A stretch of DNA of 64,000 bases from assembly GCA_973895155.1 (NCBI GenBank), contig OZ316896.1:1736001-1800000 (forward strand), read 5' to 3'. Both the position numbers and the translations under genes were made by a program. Shown in pieces: positions 26,490 to 38,800 of this stretch. Within the stretch, counting starts at the first letter, position 1. Each line of letters begins with the position of its first letter. This DNA is from Marsupella aquatica. Its lineage: Eukaryota > Plantae > Marchantiophyta. The notes below the pieces were generated by a model that was not told the DNA's origin, did not search any database, and worked only from the letters and a program-made list of their open reading frames with translations.

Positions 26490-26776
26490 CTCGGGGGGTT
26501 AACTTAGTGTATATTTTGGGGTACCACGTGTGATCCTAGCCTAATATAAACACACCTATTTTATAATGGGAATATTCTAAAAATATTCTCTATTTTCAAT
26601 AGTAATGACCTATTTTACTTTATAAAAGGTATATATTAGAGAATATTCTACAAATATAGGTTTATAATACCTTCTTTTGCTTCCTATGCTTTTTAAAAAT
26701 TTAGCTAATTTATATGAAAAATACCTATTTTGGATCGCACGTGGTTCCTAAGATTGTTGATAGTCAACCCCCCGAG
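26490..26776. mobile_element. 287-bp MITE with 8-bp TSD nested in the solo LTR
   Basis: TIR CTCGGGGGGTTAACT / AGTCAACCCCCCGAG (14/15), extending imperfectly to about 47 bp; TSD GCGTGATT at 26482-26489 and 26777-26784; AT-rich core. Confidence 0.9.
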
Positions 26777-28185
26777 GCGTGATTCTTCTAACGGATTTTT
26801 ACTCCGCCGCCGCCACCGTACCTCGGTCGAGCGTAATAATCTTCTTCCTTAATTCGTAATCATTCGGTCAACTAACCTACTCCTAATCTATTCATAATGA
26901 CAAAAGACGACTATTCGTGCTATTCTATGCTACGGCTACGGTCCTAATGACCGTATAAGACCTAATCTATGACCTGCGTTCGGTTAAGTGACACGTTACC
27001 CGTGTCACAATTTAAAACATGTCTTTGTTGCCATAAGGGTTTTGCATGTCCCTCTGAGTATCACGGAAAAGTTTCTGTCCATCCAAGCAGAGTGAGGGCT
27101 CTAGACAGACAATAGTGCTATCTGTCCCTCAGTTCACGTGGAGGGAGAAAAAAAGGGTGAAAGAGGAAACTGCTGGGTGTAATTAATGTATTGTGCAAGA
27201 TTGTAGGGTGACAGGGGAGATGGCCTTGTGAAAGAGAAATGGTAGGACCAAGAAAAATCTCAAAATGGAAAAGATATGCATTTTGTGTCAAAAATATGCA
27301 CACTTCTTACATGGCATTGCTGAGCAATATGCTAAATACTGGGTGCGTTATTGCGCCAACTTGAGAATTCAATGTGATACTCGAGTGAGTTTATATCAAA
27401 CTGTCAAGGAACAATATGCAGAAAATTGGGAGACAAGATCCCACAGGCAGGAGACCCAACAAAGGGGTGAAGGCAAGGGTAGTCCCAGGAGACCAAAGAG
27501 CCAAAATGCCATAGAGTGCCCCCCCCCCAGAGCAACAAAAGAACTAAGTCCCTTCTGAACTGTACAATGAAAATCTTGGTAAAGCTAACCGGTAGATAGT
27601 GTAGGAGAGTAATGAAGAGGAATTTGTGTGGAGACCCTAAAACCAACAAACTCGGTTTGCCACATAGAAAAATTTGTCTAGAGACCCTAAAGCCAACAGC
27701 CTCGGCCAAGAAACTGAAAATCCTGGTAAGGCTCAGGAGTTGACCACATAATAGGGTTACAAAAAGAATTAGCCTAGACTCCCTAAAACCAACAAGCTCT
27801 CCTGTTGGAAAAATAGTGAATGCCGGACCTTACTCTAATGCTAAGTACATCCACCCACCGCAACCCCTTCCTGAATGTTTCCCTTTGTATGTGTGTACAA
27901 GGTTAGGAGGCATTACCCTGGGTGAAGCCATGGAACCCCTGGGCCAGCCTGGCCTGGGGATTATGAAATTTGAATGAAAAATAGAGTAAAATGCAAATGG
28001 CAGACAGTGATGAATCAAACAATTCCTATGTAAAACTGAATTGAATGCTCTATGAAAATTCACTCAGGCATCAAACCATAAACTCATCCCCAATTGGAGA
28101 TAATGGCTGTAATCCTCTCTGGATAAGCCCCCTCTCCTGGATTACATCCCACTACCCCCTCTTGGTGATGGGTTACCCTACAGTG

Positions 28186-28346
28186 TCTCTAATGCCACAC
28201 ACACTTGCTATCAGTCTAAAGATGGAAGGGAGTGAGAACATAAGAAAAGTGAAGACTTCACTTTCTCTAATGCCACAGACACATGCTAGCATTCCAAAGA
28301 AGGAAGGGAGTGAGAACATAAACTTGGGGATAAGAAAAGTGAAGAC
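28186..28346. repeat. Imperfect tandem duplication, ~79-bp period
   Basis: CTCTAATGCCACA...GGAAGGGAGTGAGAACATAA...GAAAAGTGAAGAC x2. Confidence 0.8.
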
Positions 28347-28837
28347 AGAAACTACAGTAGGGACGACGCCTGGAGCCCTGGAGAGGGAAGGCGAGTACAG
28401 TACAGTACAGGAGTGTAACAGAGAGGTGAGCTGGTGAGCGTGCGGTACTTCTTATGATTGTGGTTTGGATTTCTTGGATGGAGGTGGCACCGGCGAGGGT
28501 GATGGTGGACCTTGTTGTCCAGATAAGGCACACGCACGCACCATCCAATGCCCTTGGCTTCTGGCGTCCACCCAGTCGCGGCAATCCCACCCTGCCTGCT
28601 GCTGCTCGCCTGCTGCCTCTGGCAGGCACGGATCATCCATGAATCACGCAATCAATCCAAACTCCTCCTTGCTTTCTAGCAGCAGAGCACTACTTTCTGA
28701 AAGAGCAGCAGCTGCAGCGGTGGTAGAACGACGTCGAGGCGTTTCTTCGTTGGCTGATGTCTTCGTCTCCCGACTCTTGGCTCCGCTGGTTTGTCGCACC
28801 GCAGTGTTGTCCTCTCTCCGAGTAGGAGCGGCAGCAT

Positions 28838-28845
28838 TAGGGTTT
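28838..28845 (-). promoter_or_regulatory. Telo-box (AAACCCTA) in the probable CLU 5' leader
   Basis: TAGGGTTT in GC-rich leader-like sequence upstream of a 5'UTR intron whose acceptor is at 29857. Confidence 0.35.
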
Positions 28846-29866
28846 AGGAGGGCAAGAAGCTCCGTATCCGATTCTTCACAGCAGAGGTGCTGCTGTTTGT
28901 GCAGCAGGGAAGTGGTACAAAGGTGGGTTGTTGGTGAGGGTTGGGGTAGTAATATAGGACCACGGAGGACCTCTGCGAAAATTCGTGAATTCCAGATAGG
29001 CTTGGGCAGCTCAAGAATTGAGCTCAGGGGTTTTGGGCGGTCGGAGTAGTGTAGCGTGGCGTAGTGCTCATTCCATGGTAATTCGGGACCTGGGGCAAAA
29101 TTAACAGGAGATCCAATTTCCACAGGTAGCCTGGAAGCTCAGTTGAAATTACCGAAGTGGTAGCTATCCGGCGTCGTTGTGCATGCCAATGTAGCGCTGG
29201 GGACGTCGTGGTCAAGTTAATTTAGAAGTGCCTCCTTGAATAGGAGAAGGCTCTCCAGGTAATGCCATTCCCAACCCCTGACGGTACTTGGACATAGCTT
29301 GAGATTTACTGCTCGCGTTCTTTACCTTACTAGAAGCTCTTACTGATGGAGTTTGTCCCCGGAGCCACTTGTGCTCCTTCAATTTTGGACGCCGCCTCAG
29401 TTTTCTCTCAATGTTGAAAGGAAGGTTTAAACCTTGTCTGAAGAAACTAGAAAATAAAGCATTTTTTTTACTGGCAGCTCGATGATTTCTAGGACAGACT
29501 CCATGGTCGTATGGATGATAGTGAAGATTAGCCAATGCTTTTTAAATTCTTTCGCACTGAAGTGACAGACAACAAATGATAGATCGTGTGGGCGAGGCCA
29601 TTAATTTCATTTGCTTTCATGGACATGAGAACGATACTACCTCCTCGACATTCCTTTTTTCTCTTGTTTTCACTTCGAGCTGCGCAAAATAACTTTTATT
29701 AGATCAGAATGCTGCCTCGTTAGAAATAACTGAACTTGAAATCCCTTCCAAAGTGGTCACCTCCACCTCGACCTTGAGACTGAAGCGAGAGGGTGTAACC
29801 ATGGGGCACTTATCCAAACTTCTGACATTTAATGTAATATGTGCATTTTTTGCGCAGACTTCCGAA

Positions 29867-32800
29867 ATGGCTGGGAAGTCGAACAAAGGCAAAGGCAAGG
29901 GTAAGAGTAACAACAAGGCTGCACCTCCTGATCTTGCAGCTGGTGCTGCAGGCTTAGGTTTAGCACAGCCAGAATTTGTTACCGAACCAAAGCCTTCGGA
30001 GAACCCTGAACAATCTGAGACTACAAGCACTGAGGCTGCACCGGCAGAGACGGCGACGAAGGAGATCGCTGTCGAAAGACAGCTAGAGGAGGGTGAAATA
30101 AGAGAAGGTGACGATGGAAGTGTTTCATCTCCTGAAGGGGAAGGTAAAGCTTATGTCGCACGTAGGGAAGGATTCTGTTCAAATATCGAAAGCTTCACCT
30201 TTGGGTCCATTCCGACGCACGGGCCAATGTATATGAGTAGTAGTCCTTCTTTTAGTCTTTTAAACTTTCTCTGCAATAAGGATACATTCCTGCTTACAAT
30301 GTACTTGAAGGCTGCCATTACTACCCTGATATTGAGTTATGGGTTTTGAGGTTATCGGGCCAGAGACTATATGTCTGGGTTGGTTCCATTTACGATACAT
30401 TTGGATCCTTGATACAATCTTGCACAGTGTAGGGGGGGGACTGAAAGCTTGGTAATTTTCTGCTTTTGCAGATGAACTTCGTCTTTACCCAATGACTGTA
30501 AAAGGACCATCCGGAGAACAAATGGAGCTACAGGTCCGAAGCTAAACTGGACCAGTGTTTTCCTCATGCTCTTTTAAGCATGGAGCTGAGATATCTGGAA
30601 GAACCTTGGATTCGCCAGCTAAAGATAAAATTAGGAGATGATTTGTTAACCGACTTTATGCCCAAGAGAAGTGGAGCAAGTCGGTTATCGTACGCCCATG
30701 CTTTGCTGTAAGCGAGAACTTCTTATCTTTTAGTTCTTACGGTGAAACGAACTTAGGCTACTGAAATGAACTCCTGTTTTATTCTGCAGGTTAATCCCGG
30801 AGACTCTGTCATGGACTTGCGACAATTCCTATTGGACGCACCCGAGACGTGCTTCTACACTTGTTATGACTTGATCTTAAATGCGGCTGATGGTGTGAAA
30901 TATCATCTGGCCGATTACCTGGAGATTGGAGAGGTTGCTGATGTAGCCGCTGGGGGCTGCTCATTAGAGATGATAAATGGTGAGCAATTTATAGCATCAG
31001 AATAGTAGTAGCAATTTATGGCAACTTGTATGTCTAGGTGCAATGATCACTATAGTGGCAATCAAGATGATACTGCAAAATGATGACCAAAGGAAGGTTT
31101 CTGGGTTCGTGTTTTTTAGTGAAGGAAAACGATGTGATTCACTTGCAGCCTTTTTTAAGTTCCTTGGATAGCTGGAACATCCTGAAACGATGGCTCCTGT
31201 ACTGGAATCAGATAGGCGCTAAACAAGTTCGGATTTTAGGCTTCCCGTAGAATGGGCGTATTTTCAGGTCTTGCTAATGTAGTCGGTGTTAGACGCCTTG
31301 GATGCACAACTGTCTTCTCTGTGAGACAATGTTACCTATTTGTATCGTTCTAGGTGCAGAGGACTTGAGGCCGAAAACAGATGATTTGTTTGATGCTGGT
31401 TTCTCTGTAACTGGAAAAGTCTAGTATGCACTAAGTAGGCCCATGTGTGCATCTTTCACATCTGTCCTCTCTCATTTATGACGTTGAATGCTTCTTACTA
31501 ATATAGTTGGTGGTCTCTTGCAGCTATTTATGATGACAGGTCCGTAAGATCCCATGTACGACGTACTCGAGACCTGTTGTCGACCGAAAGTCTCCATTCG
31601 TCTCTGTCAACTGCTCTTGCTACTGAGTACGAGGCAAAACAAGCTGCCTCTGGTAGGGTTTTACGATATCCAGATTTTCCAATATAGACCTTAGAGTCCA
31701 GCAATTTTTGATGTCTGCCACGTGTAAATGCTTCAGCGAATGCTCAATGTGTCCAGCAAGCTTTGCATCATTCTCTGTCTAGCCCGCTATCTGACATACT
31801 TTTGATGTCAGTAACAGCGAACATTGATGACGTTCGTTTTGGAAATAATAGCTGTAGAAATGAGTTCGTTTTGGAAATCATAGATGTAGACATGAGTTTT
31901 GTACAAAAATATAGCCCCATCTCCCAGCCCGGTCAAGTGGACTACAACGGAAAAAGCGGCAGATTTTAATTACTGAAGAAGAATCGTGGGCATCACAGGT
32001 CAACGGCAAGAGGGGGAGACATCCTCATCCTCCAGTAACGCCAAACCTAAGAGTGACATTGAAAAGGCAGCAGGTATGACAACAGCGCATGATTTATCGT
32101 TTAAGACAGTTTTCTTTTGTACGAGCTAGAGATTATTCATGGGTTGATACGTGTCAGGCAGATGTCCTCAATTGATGATGGATTGAAAATGAATGTAATT
32201 CTTCGTATCTGTCTTAAGTCGTTAGAAAACGACAATTCAAATGTGATTGCAATTGGTGCTCAGATGCAAAACCAGAAGCCCCGGAGCTTGAAGGTCTTGG
32301 ATTTATGGACGATACCGCTGGTTTACTTGGAGGGCTAGTGTCCTCTTCTTCAATACCAGAAACTAACTGTATTGAAAGTATTGCATTTTCTTCATTCAAT
32401 CCAGTACCAGGGTATAGGAGGTAAGGAGTATATTTAAAGCAAGCGTCGATTTTTAATTTCTTACTTCCTGCTTAAGATAAGTTCTGTAAGGCTTTGATTT
32501 TTATTGTTAGTGCGATTTCAAATAAGACTTTGTGCTTAGGTGGTCTACCTATGCAGATTCGTCATGCGAGTTATACAACAATGCTTACAATGGATCAGTG
32601 ATTTGACGTGTGTTGGACATCCTTTGGCAGGCTTCAGGGCGATCTGTTGTACCTAGACATTCTCACCGCCGAGGGGCAAAGTTACTGTGTGACTGCACAC
32701 ACTAGGGGATTCAATTTAAATTCAAGTAAGGGAAATGTGCTGGACACCCGGCCACCAAAGCACGCCGCGGAATCTGCCACTATTGTAGGGCTTCTTCGTC

Positions 32801-35800
32801 AGATCAGTGAGAAATTTACCAAAGGTAAGTAGCAATTGCTCGAGTCCTGCCTGTAGTTATCTTTAACGTTTAAACATTAAAGGATCTTTTATCGTGTGGG
32901 TTAACACGGTTTTACGTCATTGGACTCAGTTAGGGTTTCTCTTCAACTTCTTTAGCTTCATTTGAGAGGATGTTGGTACTGTGATAATGAGCTCTAATGG
33001 CGGTATTTTGGCTACAGGATTTGCTGAAGTGCTGGAAAGGAAGGCAGCTGGCCACCCTTTTGAGAACGTTCCAGTTCTATTACCTCCAAACCCATGGCTT
33101 GGGGCTTACCCGCCGCCCCGTATGTACTTTTTGGTCCCATCAAGAATTTCAGTTCAGCGTCCTGCGTTTTTCCGTGAAAATATGAAAGAAGAGAAATCAA
33201 TGGATGTCAATAGACCACGGACCTGGACGGTGGGAAGTTAAGTTAGAGAAATTGAATGGAACTGATTTATATAATGTATGCTCATTGGGAATGTGAGACA
33301 GGGAGTACAAAGTGGCAAATATGCTAGATGTGTATCCTAAGCTGCTTTCGTTTCACTTCCGTGCCATCACTGTGTGACTACTGTTTGGAACATGTGACTC
33401 ATGCCTGAAGGAATGTTTTGTTGGGTTGTCTGGTTGACTTGGTGTTCAAATTGGATTCTACTGTTTGGAACATGTGACTCATGCCTGAAGGAATGTTTTG
33501 TTGGGTTGTCTGGTTGACTTGGTGTTCAAATTGGATTCAGCTCACAAGCGGGACATTGCTCGGGCAGAGGATTCTCTTATGGTACCTTATGGCACTGAGG
33601 TTATTGGAATGCAACGAGATTGGAACGAGGAACTCCAATCTTGCAGGGAGTTTCCCCGTGAATCTCTACAGGATAGGTAAACTTGTCTCAAGCTATTGTA
33701 TTGGCATAATGGCCACAAGGTCAATTTCATGTATTTCGCGGAATAAAAACCAAAACAGTAAATTAAGCATGGATCCGGAGGTAAGGTCAATCTGGACGAG
33801 GCTTTAAGGTCAACCGTAAATGTGGTATACCGTATGGTACGGTTTAGTGTATCGCTTCCTCGGTTAAATGACTCGACATGATTGTTGCACTGTGTCTTTG
33901 TTTCGATGCAGGATAATGAGAGATAGGGCCTTGTACAAGGTCAATTGTGATTTCGTCGATGCGGCGACTAAAGGTGCCAAGGCCGTGATTGGTCGGTGTA
34001 TCCCACCCATCAATCCAACTGATCCTGACCGCTTCCATATGTAAGACTCTTCATACTGTGGTTTCGTTCACTGGTGCTGTCGTGACGAGAAGAAAAGGAA
34101 TTGTCAAGTTGCATCTACGACTTTGCTGAAACCGCAGAACGTACAGCAAAGCTTGGAAATCGTGGACTTCCATCAACTTTGCGAATTTAAATGCACCTTC
34201 TCGCTTTAGATTGTCATGGAAAGTCGTTACAGAAAAACTCTGACACTTCTGATTGCAGGTATGTTCACAACAACATCTTCTTCAGCTTTGCAGTGGACGG
34301 AGATTTTACTTTTATGCAACAAGCTAGAGAGCAAGAGTTACAGCAGCAAGCAGAAGCTGCTAAGGAAGAGAAGAATGTAACAACTGATTCTGAAGTTCCC
34401 ACAAAGCCAGAGTCCGATAGTCCGCTAGAAACTGCTGACGCGGAAAGCACAATTGAAACCGCCAAGACATCGACGGAGGAGTCTGACTCATCCAAGACCG
34501 ATAATTTAGAAGATTCCTCTAAGCCAAGTATTCTTGATGGTGTCGTGGATTCCACCTCTGACACGGCAAACGAGGAGCCTAAGGATGCAAATCCTTCGAC
34601 TGCTCCTCCGGTGGTGGAGAGTGAGCAAGCCACATATGCATCCTCTAATAACGACTTGAAGGGGACAAGAGCTTACAACAACGCAGATGTCGGAGGACTG
34701 TACACCCTTGCTATGGGAATCATTGATTATAGAGGCCACCGTGTCGTAGCTCAGGTCAGCTTCTCCCCAAATACTGTGATCTTCCACTTTGGTTTGCTGG
34801 ATCATATTATGGAATAAGAGACCAGAAAAGACCCTAACTTGAAGTTTACAGAGTATTATTCCTGGAATCCTGCAAGGCGACAAAACCGACTCGCTGCTCT
34901 ATGGTTCTGTGGATAACGGCAAGAAAATTTCCTGGAATGAAAAATTCCATACAAAGGTATGTGGCCGCTTACTTTTGATAAGTTAATTTTTGAAGGCATT
35001 TATCAATGTTCGAACGACTCGGAAGGTAGAACATCCTATGTGGCCCCGACTGTTTCTCTGAAGGCTTCACCTAGCGCGTTAATGTTGAAATATGAGCAAT
35101 GACAGTATTCCAGAAATTTTGATACGATGTTTTAGGTGAGCTATGTAAAGTCTAGTTTCTACGGAAAGGTGGCTGAATTGATGTGTTCGTTTGTAGGTGT
35201 TGGAGGCTGGGAAACTGCTTCACATCAAAGAGCATGAGGTGTTGGATGGGTCTGGCAACAAAATAAAGCTTTGTGCTCCAGTGGAGTGTAAGGGTATTGT
35301 TGGAAGCGATGACAGGTAAGAAATCCTTTCAGGGACGATGGCATAGACATGCCTGTTGTTGAAATGGATATTAATATGCTGGGAGGGCTCTTTCCTACTT
35401 TGCTTGGCCCTCTCACACTTCGAGAATGATGGTTTTGAGGCAACGAAATATGGAACAATGTTACCTCTCGAGAAAACATATACTACAGATGGGAAGAATC
35501 GATATGCTAAATATTGGGTGGGAACTTTTTTATGCTTGCTAGTCAGTTATTGCAAGGAATGGAGGGTAAGTGGAACTGCGCGTTTGTACTTATATCTTTC
35601 TCAATATGTTGGCAGACATTACTTGCTGGATCTGATGAGAACAACCCCTCGTGATGCAAACTATACCGGCCTTGGGTCACGACTATGTGTTCTACGACCA
35701 GAACTTATTGCTGCCTTCTGTCAGGTGTGGCCTAATCTGTGCGTGGAGCACATAACGGCTTGAGTAGTAATCTGGATACAATGACATAAGCAGCTGAGAT

Positions 35801-38800
35801 TTTGTTCTGTTTCTTTCACGCGTTCTCAGGAAAGTGCATTCCAAATGTTTGCTTGCAGTTTGTTGATAACCACTCTGCACTATGTGGTACAGGTTGAGGC
35901 TCTAGAAAGGGCAAAGAAGAGGAAAGCCGATGGTGATGAAGCAGATGAGAAGGCCTTATTGCAAGAGGAGTTACCTAAAATTGTCTTGAATCCAAATGTC
36001 TTTACGGACTTTAAAGTTGCAGGAGAGCCAGAGGTCAGTTTACTATGATGTACAGTGATGTTATGAATCCAATGACGTCTTTCTCTTGAGCGCTAAGCAT
36101 GTTCCTGACGGGCTATACTGACATCCATTCTCGCCATTTATGTTCCAGGAGGTAGCTGCAGATGAGGAGCTGGTGCGAACGGCCGCTAAGTTCCTCAAAG
36201 ACACAGTTCTTCCAAAGCTTGTGCAGGATTTGAGCAGCCTGGAGGTTTCACCAATGGATGGTCACACACTGACAGAAGCCCTTCATGCCCATGGCATCAA
36301 CGTTCGATACCTTGGTCAAGTAAGCATGGAATTTAGATGTCATCATGGTGCCATAAATATTTGTCTGTATTATATCTTGTTGAGTAGTTACTGAAACAGT
36401 TTGAGTAATTGACGTATACCCTGAATTAAATTTGTACTCTTTTGCTTCTATATATTTGTCTCAGAACAGCATAAATTCTGCCAGTGCTGATGACTGAGGG
36501 ATGGTGATTCCTTATTTTGTCCAGGTAGCTAATCTTTCAAAGCACATGCCACATGTGTGGGATCTTTGTGTGGTAGAAATGGTTGTCCGTGCAGCTAAGC
36601 ATGTACTGAAGGTACGGTCTTCTACTTGCAAATTGGACAAGTTGTTAAACGTGTCTTGCCCTTTCCGTCCTTGACTTTAAGGCATCATTATCCAAAAGGC
36701 TAGAGTACTATTGTTCATTGTCTTCTTTAACATAATATTGAGACTGTTGTCAGCATGTCTCATGATAGAAGGTTTGTGGAATGGATGGAAGGGGAGGATA
36801 GAAACCTCCTTTACTGGTTGCCAGTACCACATGATAACTTGGAATGAAGCCACTTTTCTCCTCATGTACTGCGTCCTCGTTCATAACGTGGAATCTATCT
36901 GATCACCAGAACTTCCCATCTTGTTATTGACACTGTTTGTCATGGCGGGTGGCAGTGAGAGTTATCATCTCAGCTTTTTGACTAACAAAGTTGTGCTTTG
37001 GTTCTAATGATTTTATTTGGTTCTATCTTCAGGGGGTTCTACGTGAAACACTTGATCAGTATGTAGGAGGTGCTATAGCACATTTTTTCAATTGTTTAGT
37101 TGGCCCAGAGACCGAGTCGGCTTCTGCAGTCAATCCAACTGAAGAGACAGTGCCAGGTGCTGACAAGGTTGAAGGAGGGTCACCTGCCAAAGCACTAGAT
37201 ACAAATGGCAAACCGAGCGGCGGAAAGAAAAAGAATAAAAAGCAGCAAGACAAGAATACTACTCCTTCCGCCCCAGTGTCGGTTAGTTGGTTCCCTCTTA
37301 CTCCTCAAAGACATGGCCCTGTCATCGTATTGATGGGATGTAACGTGCCATCCCCACTTTCCCTATGGTTTCTTTTCGACGGAACACTACGATATTGAGG
37401 GGCGGCCCATCCAGAAAATAGAAGTCAAGTTGTTGGTAAATGTCAATAGAAACAATGATCATAGCTTATCTTTTGTCAATCTTTAGTAAACGGGGTATTG
37501 TTAAACGCGATGTACTTCTGTCTGTGATTTCTGCAGATTTATGGGACCCTAAACCCTAAATGCCTGGTTTTAAAAGGTCTCAAGCGGCGCTAACATAGTT
37601 ATCTCTTTTTGTCTCTCTCAGGACGTAGAGCAGAGCAAGAAAGGAACCGAGAATGGGTTGGCCACTGAAGAAAAAGTCGCAGAGAGTCTTCCTTCTCCTT
37701 CTTATCTTTGTATCACTTCGAAGCTTGTCTGGATTGACATACGAGAGTGCGTGAAATTCAAATATCAGGTGCAACTAATATCCTACCGTTCTTCATATAT
37801 CGTGGCAGAGACGAAAGTTCAGTGCAGTTTTTGCAGAAGTAGAATTTGACGATTCAGTTGACAATGAACTGTATGACATCTATTCAACATGGCTCGATCG
37901 AATTATCTTAGTGGCATTTATGACAAGAGCATTTCCACCTGCATTATCCCCATGAAGAAAATCTGCTCAATTCTTGATATGTTCTTTGGTGTGTAGTTTG
38001 AGTTACCGACGGATATCTTGCCAAAGATTCAAAAGATTTCAACTTTCAGAGACCTGTGCCAGAAGGTGAACTCCTTTCCACGTCCATACTGAAGCATTCG
38101 GTAACACTCATATTTTATTTTAAACGTGTGCTATGCTGTTGAGTGGTGGTGCAAACCTTTGTTCCGGATACTGACACGTGGCCAATTATCAGGTTGGAGT
38201 CATGCTCGCCGCCAGAGACTACAATTTTGATACGAAAGAGCCCTTCCAAATTTCTGACATCCTGGACCTTCAGGCAGTTGTCAAACATTCTACCCCTGTT
38301 TGTTCAGATGCCCGGGACCTCCTTGAAAGTGGAAAACTTCGACTTGCACAGGTAAATATCTGACTTGGATTGTTTGTTCTTATCTGGTTTAGGCATCTAT
38401 GTATCTTTCTTAACTCTCTCAGGCTCCAGATGAACACACCTGTTAGTTGTCTGAGCTTGACATGGAGATTCACTTTGTGGGTTGTCTTGCTTGTCATTTT
38501 ATTGTGGTGATTGACGGATTGTTGAAATGGATTTCTATGTGGCCGAGGCTTCATGTAGACGCTTTTGCTTTCTCTGGGTACCTCGAGTCACGGAGTTCTT
38601 AGATCCTATGTAGAGCAGTTGGGTTGTAATTTTCGTTTCAGACCTGGGCTTGGACACCAAAGAGCCTTGTTGCGTGAAACAGGTTGGGCTACCCACGCGG
38701 GTGAAGCTCCTTGGACCTCCGCAGCAAACTCGGTGGTTCCGCCTACACCAAGTTATTCCCCATCCTTACTTGGGTGCAATATTCTTTCTTGCGTTGGTTG

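Larger units (their letters stand above)
23679..27009 (-). mobile_element. 3331-bp TG...CA element with 5-bp TSD; probable solo LTR containing ORFs
   Basis: ATTTA|TGTCGCGCCCC ... CGTGTCACA|ATTTA (TSD at 23674-23678 and 27010-27014); no internal repeat of either terminus and no gag/pol seen; CpG-rich relative to flanks. Confidence 0.85.

Noticed and set aside
28465-29123. 194-aa and 159-aa overlapping ORFs upstream of CLU
   Set aside because: No recognisable domain; GC-rich promoter/leader sequence readily gives such ORFs.
36034-36148. Intronic C/D snoRNA in CLU
   Set aside because: No exact RTGATGA C box, terminal stem or recognisable rRNA antisense element.
37547-37560. CCCTAAACCCTAAA (and TTTAGG-like run at 62860-62882) as interstitial telomere
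   Set aside because: Only two units; at most a telo-box or chance.
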